Positions 48,090 to 60,357 of a stretch of DNA of 64,000 nt are shown here, piece by piece. The notes under the pieces are model-generated. The model saw nothing but the letters and a program-made list of their open reading frames with translations, was not told the origin of the DNA and did no database searches. The translations under genes and the position numbers were made by a program. The stretch's first letter is position 1. Each line of letters opens with the position of its first letter. Where the stretch lies: positions 434,001-498,000 of the forward strand of contig NW_026250404.1 of the NCBI RefSeq assembly GCF_024521635.1, in the 5' to 3' direction. The DNA comes from Tricharina praecox. Its lineage: Eukaryota.

Positions 48090-49658
48090 CTATGCGTAAA
48101 AGTTGACCTGCAAACATCCACATCGTCAGTAATGACTCCCGAACACTCGGAGCTAGAGAAACTCACCGTATCCTTCTTCTTCGCCTGGACTTCCGAGATT
48201 GCATCGACATAATGCTCGTGCCCCACCTTCGTCTTGCCGCTTCTTAGCGCAATCATGCCCGCCTCCACACACACGGCCTTGAGCTGGGCACCACCAAACT
48301 CATCCGTACTCCTCGCGAGCTCCATCCAATTCACATCCTCCTCCACCGTCATCTTCCTGCTGTGAATCTTGAGGATACCTGCACGTGCCTCCTCGTTCGG
48401 CAGCGGGAACTCAATCTTCCTGTCCAACCGACCACTTCGCAGAAGCGCAGGATCAAGAACGTCGACTCTGTTGGTGGCCGCGAGGACCTTGACCCGGTCG
48501 TCGGACGAGAATCCGTCGAGCTGGTTGAGAAGCTCCAACATGGTTCGCTGCACCTCACGATCTCCAGACTTCTCGGAATCGAAACGCTTGGTACCCACAG
48601 CGTCCAACTCATCGATGAAGATGATCGCCGGTGCCTTCTCCTTGGCCAGCGCGAAGGCATCGCGAACAAGCTTGGCTCCATCTCCAATGAACATCTGAAC
48701 GAGCTGTGGGCCGGCGAGCTTCAGGAAAGTGGCGTTGGTCTGGGCGGCGCAAGCACGAGCGAGCAGTGTCTTTCCTGTTCCGGGAGGGCCATACATCAGT
48801 GCACCTAGACAGTTAGCTTCAATATCGTGGGTTTATCGTAAATGAGCTTTTACCCTTGGGGGCCTTGATGCCAATCTTCTTGAACATGTCGGCTTGCTTC
48901 ATCGGCATAACGACAGCTTCCACGAGCTCCTCAATCTGCTTGTCCAGACCACCGATATCCGCATACGTTTCCGTCGGCTTCTCATCGACCTCCATAGCCT
49001 TGACACGGGAATCGTACTCCGCCGGTAGCGTATCCAACACAAGGTAACTGTCCTTATTGACACCGATCAAATCCGACGGCTTCAACTTGTCCGCATCGAC
49101 GAGACCGATCAAGGGCAAGAAGATTGTTTGCCGGGTCGAAGTCTTGATGACGGCAGACTTTCCGGACCGCGTAGCATCCAAATCGACATTGGCTCCATCC
49201 TCTGCTTCCTCGGCGGTGGGGTCCAAGTCTAGCAACTCGACAACGTTGGCAACGAGGTATGGTAGCTGCCTGCGACACACAATCCGTCAGCTCCATTTCC
49301 TTCCCTCTCTCGATAGCTAACAGCTAGCTTCAAACAGAACATACCGGTTGTTCTCGATCTTCTCAAGGTTATCTTTAATCTTATCTTTCATGCTCGACTT
49401 CTCGTGGGTGAGGCGCTGAAACTCTTGTCGCATCACACGCAGGTCGTTCTCCAGTAATCGCCGCCGGTTGATGATGTCGTTGGTGGAGGCGCTCAGAACA
49501 TCGGGATCGATGTCGTCCTCGTCGTCCTTTTTGGGCTCGTCATCGACTTCCATCTTGTTGTCGCCATCTCCACCCTCCTTCTTCTTCTTATCATCATCAT
49601 CTTTCTTGCGGTCGTGCTGCTCGTTCTCGAGGTCTTCGAGGTCTTCAAGAGACGCCAT
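48090..49658 (-). CDS. RPT5: 26S proteasome regulatory ATPase subunit 6A
   Basis: [72 protein letters not shown], and C-terminal HbYX tail VNFYA after the last intron. Confidence 0.96.
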
Positions 49659-50041
49659 CTTTTCGGTTGCGGGGTGTTGTAGGAGGGTTTTGGCGGGGTG
49701 GTGTGCAAAATCTGGTAGGGTTTATCGGGAGTGGTCCTGGTGATGGCGAGCGATAGCGGAGGGATGGAGGGTTTAGATGGCGGGGGTTGGATGCAGATGT
49801 GGGTTTGGATGGATGGAGATGTTGATTCTCTGACGACAAGCTGCGGCGGTTGCTGCGGTTGTGAGAATGGCTGCGAATATCTCAGAACAGGTGATCACTT
49901 GGCAAGTTGGTCCGTGCGTCCCCAGTGGGAAGGGTGCCCCAAATTTTCAGAGCAAGCATCTGAAAAGTTAAAGACCGGTCATCAAGTTCACCAACCACAC
50001 CAGCAAACTTCACACGATCCAATTCTCCCCACACTCTCACA

Positions 50042-51443
50042 ATGGTTTGCTCTCACGATCGCCTATGCAATTATTGCACCGACTAATTTTCCCATCCAGG
50101 CTCGCCGAAGAACAAAAAAGCGCACCCACTTGCCTGACCCCAGTACAACTAAGCTGTCAAAGCAGACCACTACCGGAGTCTCACAACCTCTCAATGCCTC
50201 CGCCTCGCAAATCCCCAAGACCATGGTAATCCGCATCGGTGCCTCTGATGTCGGACCCTCCGTCTCCACCCTCGTCCGTGACACCCGTCTTATGATGGAA
50301 CCGCATACCGCTTCTCGCCTCCGTGAGCGCAAATCCAACCGTCTAAAGGACTACGTGACTATGGCCGGGCCCCTCGGCGTAACTCAGCTCCTCCTCTTCT
50401 CCCGCTCCGACACCGGCCACACCAATCTGCGCATTGCCCGTTGTCCCCGCGGACCTACCATCCACTTCCGGATCAACGACTACTCGCTGTGCAAAGACGT
50501 GCGCAAGGCCCTGCGGAATCCCAAATCCCCAGGGAAAGAGTATCTTGCGCCGCCGCTGCTGGTCATGAACAACTTTGCGACGCCTGTCCAAAAAAACCCA
50601 GACGGAACACCGGGGAAGCCGCCGCCACAAGATGCTCTGCTCACTAGCATGTTCCAGAGCCTTTTCCCGCCGATCTCCGCACAGCGCACACCCATCAACT
50701 CGATCAGGCGCATCATGCTGCTGAACCGTCATCCCGTCGAGGAGGGTTCAAACGAATATGTCATCGACGTGCGCCATTACGCGATCTCTACCAAGGCCGT
50801 GGGCCTCTCCCGCCCGATCAGACGTATCAACGCCGCTGAGAAGCGCATCCGCAAGCCGACCGCTGCATCCTCCACCTTCGCCAGCAAGAAGGGTGCCCTG
50901 CCGAACTTGGGGAAGTTGGAGGACATCGCGGATTACATGCTTGATCCTGCGGCCGGTGGTGGAGGGTACACGTCTGAGAGCGAGGTCGAGGAGGACGCGC
51001 AGGTTGAGATCGTCAATCCTGCGATCCGGGGGAGCAAGAAGCGGAAACTCGCGACGCGAGGGCCCGAGAAGAAAAGCATTCATCTTACTGAGCTCGGTCC
51101 GAGGATGACGCTAGAGATGGTTAAGATTGAGGAGGGTCTGGCAGATGGAAAGACGTTGTGGCACGCCTATCACCAGAAGACCAAGGCTGAAGAACGGGAG
51201 TTGGAGCAGAGGCATAATCAGAAGAACGCTGATAAGGAGAGAAGGCGGAAAGAACAGGCTGCTAACGTCAAGGTGAAGAAGGAGGCATTGGAGGTCAAGA
51301 AGGCGGAGAAGAAGGCTAGGAAGGCGAGGGGTGAGGAGGTTGAGGAGAGTGACGATGACGATGAGGAGTTGTGGGACGATGAGGAGTTGAATGAACTTCA
51401 GGAACAGGATACCGACGATGAGGATGAGGATATGGAGGAGTAG
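50042..51443 (+). CDS. SSF1: Brix-domain ribosome biogenesis factor Ssf1/Peter Pan
   Basis: ATG-only first exon, intron 50045-50099, then ARRRTKKRTH...PKTMVIRIG...MEPHTASRLRERKSNRLKDY...PRGPT...LTELGPRMTLEMVKIEEG. Confidence 0.93.
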
Positions 51444-51752
51444 ATGGGCGTTTACGGATGGTTAATGTACATACAAAAGTCCGGAGTTTGGGTTTAATGC
51501 TGCCAACGATGTCACATATTCATCAGCACGAACTCCGAGTCAAGCAGATTGAGTGACATGGCATGAAGGCTGAGGGAAATGCAGATAGAACACCGAAAGA
51601 AGGAACTAATGAAATATCAATCCATACTCCGTAAGTCATCTATGGGTTGTTACCAAACTCGCCATCTCATAGCATGATCATCAATCATGGCCCCTCTAAA
51701 CCATCGTACGCTTCCAGCGCAAATTCAAATAAGCAACGTCAGCCCCACTCAT

Positions 51753-52482
51753 TCACAACCCAGAAACCAGTCTATCCACGACTCTCCCCGCCTGTTCCTC
51801 CCCCAGACTGGCGACGCTCCTCTTAACGCCTACCGCCCTCAGCGCATTAACCACCGATCCCGTCGAAAACCCCATTCCCGTGAAATTCGCCACAAGCTCC
51901 TCGCTGAATCCGTCTAGCTCACGCCTGTTCTTCTCGGCCTCGTCCACCACATCCCCACCGGCACCGGCATACCGCTTCGCCCACTCCCGCGCCTTCGCCT
52001 CGAATTGTACAGGATTATCCAGCATCATCCGTGCCACCTCAGCGTCCTGCGGATCGTTCGGCTCGGGCGTTGCTAGGAGGGATTGTAACGACAGCAGCGC
52101 CGTCTTGATGTTTAAAACCGGCGACCACTTTTGCGATAGAGTGTCCAGACAAATCGCACCCTACACCCCCCAAATTAGCCCCCACCTTCAACCATCGCTT
52201 CCCCTCCCTCGCGCAACAACAACAACTCACCGTCTGCGAGGAAATGTTCGGATGCCACACTCGAGTCTCGAACTTCATCTTGGGCGGGACAAAAGGGTAG
52301 TTCTCGGGTAGCTGGATGTCGATGTGGAATGTACCGCCGCTGTAAGGCGAGTCCGGAGGTCCGGCGAACCACCCTCGCAGGTGCATCATGTTGTTGCTGT
52401 CCACCAGCTCCGCTTGCATTCCGCTGCCGCGGTCTTTGGACATGTCGTCGAGCTCTTTCATGATGCGGCGACGGGTGGCCAT
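51753..52482 (-). CDS. UBC1: Ubiquitin-conjugating enzyme E2-25K type with C-terminal UBA-like domain
   Basis: RRIMKEL, GPPDSPYSGGTF, YPFVPPKMKFETRVWHPNISSQT|GAICLDTL, PEPNDPQDAEVA and C-terminal FTGMGFS. One intron. Confidence 0.93.
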
Positions 52483-54512
52483 GGTTGTTGCTGTGTGTGT
52501 GTGTGGTGTGTGTAGGGGCAAGAGGTGATTAGGGACGGAGGAGGTTGGGGTATAGAGATTTGAGCTGAGCGAGTACCGAGCTTTATGTTATGTAAGTAAG
52601 CAGTCGTAGGTCAAAGGGTGTCGAAGTTATGATACTGCGACGTCGGTGGGGTGGCGGGGCGGATAAAGTAGTAAGTGCGTGGTGGATTCGAACTCGATGT
52701 TCGACTCCGCTTTCTGTATCTGGGTTGCTGCAGCTTGGCGCATAAGGGTCCCAATCATATAGTGCGTGTAGGTTCCGAGTCTATATACAGCGTACAGTAC
52801 ATTCCACCATTTCATATCACTCGGCATCGTTATCATGTTGACATGAAATCGTGAGAAAGGTACGTTCACATAGTGGGTTGTATTCAATTTGAATCCGAGG
52901 CACCACCGAGGCACCATCACCGAGTCTACAAGCACTACACTCCTCACCAGCAGTATTTCATTTTTCTTCTGCGGGACGGATAGATATCAAAGACAGAGTT
53001 ATTCTATATATTCTGACGCAACAAACTCCAACAAAGAATACTATCCATGATATATCCGCCCCTTCAGGTTTCATTCACCAATGTAAAGGAGGATGTTACA
53101 GCAGTGAAACTCTAACTTTTCAAAGAAATGAAGACCGTCATTCTGCTTCTGGAACTTTGACGGTATAAAAGCATGGTTTTCGCTGTAGCAATCAGCCCAG
53201 CTTGTGGACGAGACCAGGAGTAACATTCTCTATTCCTATATATGAATACCTATCTTGGGCGAGGACCCCACCACTTGTGCTGAAGTTTTACACTCTTGTG
53301 GTATTCCAAAGAGGTGCCTTTGATACTCGAGCACGCTCCATACGGCTCATCTTCAATACCAGGTTCATATAGCTCTTCTCGTATGTACGAACGAGACAGT
53401 GCTATTAGGTAAAGAATCAGCCACTGACTTTCTCTCCAGAAACTCCGCCATATATACTATCTTTGTTTCTTGCCTCGGGGGTTATATTGGACGAATGCGT
53501 GGAAAATCGAAGTATGCATACTCAGAGTGATCACCGGCTTGACGGTCTCGGGATAGTCTACTATATGGCCCTCTGGTAATAGATACCTAGCTGCAAGTAA
53601 AGGCAATGCTTTGTTTGTGAGTTCTCCAAACGGCATCCTATGTACTTGCCAATGCCTCCCGCACTCCCATCATACCGTATTCTTCCCACATTCACATCTT
53701 CTGAGTTCTGGAAAAGTAGAGCAGCATGCAAACGAGGAAAGTCGGAATGCCCAGCGTAGGTATAGGAACGTATAATTTCTTCAATAAGTCGTACTTTTGA
53801 AAGAGCGGCTCTTGCAAAAACGTGCCGCTGAGCGCTGGAATGATAAAGGATATACGAAGAGAGAGGTGAGCTAAGCCGAGATCACCCCAATTGGGACGTA
53901 CCATTCTTTTGGGCTCATGTAGTAGCTCAACGGCGCTTGGCAGTGAACCCACTAATTTTCTTCAGCTTCGAGGCACTCTAGTTACTCCACATACGCTGGA
54001 TCGACCCCCTTTTATTTTGCATTTTTCGGTAGCATTAGAGTTTACATGTACTTTCAGCAGGACTTCCTACTCTGGGTTGTTTACCGAGTACTCTAAACGT
54101 GCAGACAGACGAACAGGAATCTACAGTGCAGAGAGTATGTAGGACCATGGATGTACGACGTATGCATCATCTCTTGCAGGAGAAATGATTGCAGTTGCTT
54201 TCTTCAATTTTCATAAACAGAGTTAGGGGCAGACACCATGATTACCGACGCAGATAACACACAGCTGCAGAGATACAACACAATGATTCCATCCATTAAA
54301 AGATTTCGAGACGCGCTCAAACACGCCGTAGCCCTCCAGAACACAATGGGTAAGAGCAAAAAAAAAGGTATCGCCATGGCCACAAACCCCCCCTTCTCCT
54401 ATCGCCCTGAACCTCCAGACAGAAACAAAGCCCTCCTAGCTCGAAAACGCAGTCTCCGTACAGAGAAAACGGAAAAGGCTAGGATCCTTCAATCACGCCA
54501 ACAGGTCGTTAC

Positions 54513-55271
54513 TCAAAAGTCGTTGAGTTGCTGGGCAATCTTGTCGAGCTCCTCCTGGGAAGACTTGTACTTCTCCTGGATCTCCTCGTACTTCTTCTCC
54601 CACATGTCTCGCTCGGACTCGACGGTTGCAACCTTGCGTTCGTAGTGTTCGGCCTTGACGTCGGTAAGACGGAGCCTAAAGCATAGCACGTCAGATTGCC
54701 ATTGCCCGATGACCAATGATACCATACAATCACAGCCTCTGTGATGGTTCAGGGATGGGAGGAGGAGGAGGGTGAGCTTACTTCTCGTTGGTCTCCCGGA
54801 GATTCTTGTCCGCCTCTTCGGCCTCATCTTCGAGCAACTGTAGCTTCCTCTGCAGAGCATCGAGCTCCGAGCTGTGGGCAGCTCCGCTGTCAGCGGCGTT
54901 TTTGGCATCCGCGAGGGCCTTCTCGAGTTTTTCGACCTCCTCGTCGAGAAGGGTATTGCGGTGGGTGAGGGAGCTGATTTCTTGCTCTTTGGTCAGATTC
55001 TCCTGCTCGAGGACCTTTATGCGGGCCTTGAGCTCCTCGTTCCGGGCCTGGGCCTCCTCGGTCTCCATGCGGAGGGAGGTCATTCTCTGTGAGATTGCAA
55101 CAAGATGAATCAGCTTTCGTCACGGACAATAGATGCATCGCCGTCGAAGACGCAACTGCTGGGATAAAGTCGCGTCGACCAGGAACCTCTCCCCTCACGC
55201 GAAGGAGGAGGGGTGATGGCACGCATATGAAAGAGATAGAGATGATAACGCACCTCCTTGAGCTTGTCCAT
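54513..55271 (-). CDS. TPM1: Tropomyosin
   Basis: Spliced MDKLKE(R/K)MTSLRMETEEA...EQENLTKEQEISSLTHRN...LQLLEDEAEEADKNLRETNEKLRLTDVKAEHYERKV. Continuous coiled coil of ~160 aa with two introns. Confidence 0.93.
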
Positions 55272-55897
55272 GGCTGCTAAAGATGTGGGGGATGTGTTGG
55301 AGTTGGTGTTGTTGGATATGGGTGTTGAGTGTTCGAGGTGATGGAGAGATACTTGGGGGGGAAGGGATGGTTTTGTGTAGTTGGTAGAAGGGCGGATACT
55401 TAGGGAATGAGAAAGGAAGGGAGAGGCGGAGGCGGAAGGGAGCACGGAGTTCTTCAGTTTGATTTGTTGGACTTGGACTTGGACTTGCACGGGCGGAGGT
55501 CAAGTGGGGTTTGGTGAGGGGTCCTGTGCGTTGTGCGCTTACGTTGAAGGAGTTTGGTGAACGGCCTAATGCGGCATGTGGCTTGCAGGGGGATGGAACA
55601 GGGTGGACGGGAATTGATTAGTCACGTGAACAATAAATGGGCTGCATTCGATGTTGACGATCCCTGTCATTGATTTGATCGGTGGCAGTTGTCGTGACAA
55701 CGTTAGTTTGTTTGGGTGCAGTGCGCTGCTCTGGTCATGCTTGCCGCTTCCTTTGTTGCCGTCCACCCTCCCCTTCCAAAGAAAGCTGTCTGACGATACG
55801 ACCGAGACGCGAAAGACCGTTCCCATCCGGAAGACGACGACAGACAGACGGTCACAACAGACGACCAAGTACAACAACACGTAACCGGTAACCAGCA

Positions 55898-57358
55898 ATG
55901 CTTCAACACCTTAACAAGGAGAATGCGGTCCTCCACGCACCGCAGCACGGCAAGGCGGACGGAAAGCCTGCAGGCTTGAACACGAAAACGCCCTTTAAGA
56001 TCCCGTTGAACGACGAAAACATTGCCTCGGCCCTGCACCCGAAGACCGGAAAGAAGAGCATCTTTGCTGGCAGAGATCCGTCTCTTTTCGTTACTCCAGT
56101 CGGTGAGAAAAATATCCGAACACCTAGGAGCTAGTAATTGGCTGCTAACACATGTCGCACAAGGCCCACGGAGACAGGCTCTCGCTGGAAAGACCACCAA
56201 TGTCAAGGCAAAGAACCAGGGACCCTCGGGTGGACAGAAGACCGGGAAGAAACTCGATGGCACGCTCAAGCCTCAACTCGTCATTACCGAGCAAGCGGGA
56301 ACGGCCGTGTTCGGCACCAACGATGAGGTTCCTGAGATCGAATACATGGCTCCTGTACCTCCTGGTTTGTGTCCACTAGCTTCAATGATCGAGCGAATTG
56401 CTGACCCCAGCGTGCAGATGCCCCCTTCGTACCCGAGGATTACGAGGCTCCCGACTATAGCTCTCTGAAGAAGAATTATATGAGAGGATGCTACCGCTCG
56501 TACCTGGCTGGTATTGATGAGAATGGCAAGAGTGAACTGCAGCGTAGCGTTGAGGCCAGCCAGCGTATGCTTGACGCGGACCTGGATGCCGAGACGGAGG
56601 AGCTCGAGGCCCAGCTCAAGAGAGGTACTAGGAAGCCCAAGCAGAAGTTGACCGAACCCACGACCAGGAATACCACGGCACGGTCTGGGTCCATTACGGC
56701 CAACAAGGCCAGACGCACCGAGAGCATCATCAGGAAGCCAGCTGAAATCAAGCGATCTGGCACATCCCGCCCAGGGTCCTCTGCATCGAACTCCCGTCAG
56801 AACACGTCGCGGCCCTCGTCCCGCCCTCCTTCGTCTGTGTCTATCTCACGGCCCACCGCCTCCTCCCACCAGCGCATGGCTAGCACCACTGACTCGAAGA
56901 AGGCGGCGCAGATGCTCTCGCAGCGTCCGACTTCGTCGTCGTCGAACTCTCGCCCGGATTCTAGGCTCAATCGTCATGCTAGGACGACATCCACGTCGAC
57001 TACTACAGCGGCTAAGAAACCGTTTTCCTTCTCTAGTAAACCGGCTGTCGCGCCTTCCAACAGGTCCCGTTCCAGGCCCAGAAGTGTCTCCTCCAACATC
57101 GATAACCCTGCTTTGAAGAGTACTATTGGATACCACCACGGCAGAGAGGTTCGGGAGACCGTCAAGAAGACTGTCAAGCTCGAGTCGACTATGGATGCTA
57201 TTGAGAGGATCCAGCGCGAGGACGAAGAAGCCGAGGCGAATCCCACTTTGCCCCCCATGCTTCTTGTTCCTGAGATTGAGGAAGAGGACGACGTGGTCGT
57301 GGAGTTCCCCAGTCCCTTGATCGAAGACGAGGAGGAGTTCTTCATGACGATGCTGTAA
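55898..57358 (+). CDS. Putative securin (Pds1/Cut2-like separase inhibitor)
   Basis: N-terminal KEN box (NKEN), D-box RQALAGKTTN, and EIEYMAPVPPDAPFVPEDY resembling the securin separase-binding segment. The rest is disordered. Two introns. Confidence 0.72.
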
Positions 57359-57891
57359 ACGAGCTGCTTTGTTGTACCTGACCGTGATGTTATCGGATCT
57401 GTGTATAACTTTGGGCGACGATGGTTCGTTTATGACTGGTTCCGGTCACTGGAATGACTACCTGTAACTTTGCTTGTTTTGCATGGCTAATAGGGAATTT
57501 GAAAAGCCAGTTTGTAATTTTGGGGTTTGCTTTCAGTGTCGTCTTGCTAGTTTTTTTCTTCCTATGTTCATCGGAGTGGAGTTCCTGCTGTCATTATATA
57601 TCACTGGTCCCATCAGAATTTGCTGAATGCGGTCCTCAATTACTGTTATAACTTTACTTTGAAACCCGTAAGAGAATCAGTATGCTTTCGATTGTCCTAC
57701 GCCTCTGTAGATATATAGCACATTCCATATGGGGTCATAGAAGCTTGCCCGTATAGTTTTGAGAGCTTTTCGCCATGTCCGAGTGACGTACGATGCAACA
57801 GCGACACGCGCGTCTTGGCGCAGGTCACCAACGCCAACCTCGTCGGCAAGCTCTCAGTCCACGACATCACTCGCAACCAAACATATCAACA

Positions 57892-58917
57892 ATGCAGCCA
57901 CGACTACTCTCGCTTGTTCTGGGGGCGCTGACCTTCACGCTCCCCACGCACGTCTCAGCCTTCTCCGACACCTCGCCCTACCTCCTGATCTCCTCTGTAT
58001 CCACGTATGTTGTCGGTCGCTGCTCCGTTCTCTTTTAGCTTACCACTAACACTACAGACCAACAGTATCCCCGAATCGCTACACTCACATAGTATTCTCT
58101 CCACTTCGTCATTCTTCACCGCCACCAGCGAAGTAATCCGCTCCTGCAAGGCAGACGCCTACGTCCTCGTCTCACAGCCCGGTATCCATGTCGAGGACGT
58201 CACCATCGACAAGAACGCGGGAGTGCACTTGAAAGACCTCATCGACGGCGTCGATAAGTCCGGACGTTGGGTCGTCGAGAATGTCTACGTAGACGAGAAG
58301 AAGGATATGGTTGCGGTTATCGAGGCGCTGCAGGACGTGGTCGTGAAATCGTGCGATGCGCTGGTTGAGGGTGTTGATGCGAAGAGTACTGCCACCCTCC
58401 CTCTCCGTCCGAAGAGTTCTAGAAGTTAATCCGTGTCTCAGCTGCAACATTCAAAACCTTCGATGGAGTAAAGCCGAAGGTCTTCCGCGTCGACTTCGAC
58501 CGACTCCCCGCTAATGGCGCGGCCCGCGCAAAGGCGGTGGAACAGAACGATGCGTTCCTGCATTCGGTCATGGGAATGCTGCCGACAAAGAAGTACACTA
58601 TCATCTACGTGAGCTCGCCGGTTGGAGAGACTGTTGCTGCTGCGCCGGTGAAGTTCTTGACGCCCGCGAAGGAGCAAGCGGCGAGCTTGGAGCTGCGCTC
58701 AGCCGAGTTCGAGACCGAGGCCAAGAATGCGACGCTTGTCAGAGGCGGGTTGTTTCACCGGTACCAGTTCTTTACGCCTGCCATCTTCATGGGGTACATC
58801 GTCTTCTTCCTGATGCTGGGAATCTTGTATGTGGGTGTGTCGGCGGTCAGTAGCATTGGTGTTTCTTATGGATCCTTCGACAAGGAGATGGGGCCGGGGG
58901 CGAAGAAGCAGCAGTAG
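57892..58917 (+). CDS. ER membrane protein, Voa1/Big1/Ac45 family (V-ATPase assembly)
   Basis: Signal peptide (...VSA-FSDTSPYLLISS), C..DAYVLVSQPG, GGLFHRYQFFTPAIFMG plus a transmembrane helix, and a C-terminal dilysine KKQQ. Two introns. Confidence 0.85.
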
Positions 58918-59132
58918 AGAGAAGATGTTATGATAGGAGCTTGAGCTTCGAATAGGTATTGCTTGTGTTTCTTTGGTAATGGTTAGCATTTCATTTGCGT
59001 ATGTCTTTTCCCTACACGAGCTGTTTGTACAATACAATTCGTATATCCATCACTGATTGAGACTACGATGCCATGCGTGCGGCAGTTGAGAAAATACCCA
59101 TTTTTGTTATCCCTCTATTTTTGAGTTTGATT

Positions 59133-60087
59133 TTAGAAACCGCTCTGGACTATGGCTTCTAGGCTCTCAAAAACTTCTTTGCCCACAGGACCACACTGTT
59201 CCACGATTCTCTTGATTACCTTCCTCTTCACACCTCCCTCTCCCACCGTCCCGCTTTCTAGTGTCCGCAGGCCAACGATCCTTCCATCGTAATCCACAGA
59301 AACGGACAACACGCAGTCGGCCACTGCCATCTCCTCCCTGGTAGGATCAAAGAACACATTATCGCCTACCGCCGCGACTAACAGGGTGATCGCTGGCACA
59401 TCACCCACCGCCGCCGCGCCGGCAGGGTACAGCGGCAACGCTGCGTCCCAATCGTCGTCGAAAAGCGGGTCCTCGTCCGTCGCTGACACAAGCCGTGGTA
59501 GGTTCGTGACTCTGAGCGCCAGGTGAACCGCGAGGGAAAGGAGTGTAGCCGGATGCGAAATCGGCGGTGTCAACAACAGGATCTACTTTTCGTCAGCGCA
59601 CAGTCTGAATGGTGGGGTGGGGGCGCGGGACATCGATGTAAAGCTTCCAATGCCACCTCTCTCCGATCTCGAGTCGTCCCGCCAGTTTCTGTCCCAGCAG
59701 ATCACCAACACTGCTCGCTAGCAGCACCACCAGCGGATCGTCGTCTCTTGCCCCCGAGACCTCGACGGATACTTCAGTCCACGAGCGTTGATCCGGTTTC
59801 GTTGTTGATGGGACATCCTCAGAGGAGAGCGGGGGGACTGGTGTCTTCTCAACTTCCGCTTTGATACCAACAATACATTCGCCGCCATCGGGCCAGATCA
59901 GGCGACTGCTGCCATGCGTGGAGGGGAGGATATCGAGCTCTGCCGTGAGCGGGCGGAATTGCGTGGGTTTGCGGGCGTCGGGGCGGATTGGCGGGGTTAT
60001 GGAGAGGGACGTGTGAAGGTATGAGAGCTCGGCGGACGACAGGAGGGTCGCCGAGGGCGCTGCGGTGGAGGTAGCTGCGGGCGCCAT
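59133..60087 (-). CDS. RRP42: Exosome complex RNase PH-like subunit Rrp42
   Basis: LSSAELSYLHTSL...PIRPDARKPTQFRPL, THGSSRL, IVGIKAEVE, WHWKLYID|ILLL, DDDWD and FFDPTREE. One intron. Confidence 0.88.
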
Positions 60088-60357
60088 AGAGGTCGTGGTT
60101 GGTGGTTGTTTGGCGTGGCAGGTTTCTGTTCGTCCGCGAGTCTGTAGCGCGGCGTGTTGGTGGTGACACAAGGATCAGTCGGTAGCACAGGGCTGGCTGG
60201 CGACTGAACCCCGGAGCCGCAGGAGCTTGTTCCTACCTTGCCTTCACCTCCCATAACAAGCATCTCCCCGCACTCCGTTCCCAGCCATCTATCCATCTCC
60301 GCCGGTGAATATATTGTTACCATCTCCGCCGGATAGACACCTCATCCGTTGAACATC

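Noticed and set aside
49731..50099. Long N-terminal extension of the 570-aa SSF1 ORF
   Set aside because: It starts at GTG within the RPT5/SSF1 divergent promoter. ATG 50042 plus an intron gives the conserved MARRRTKKRTH start.
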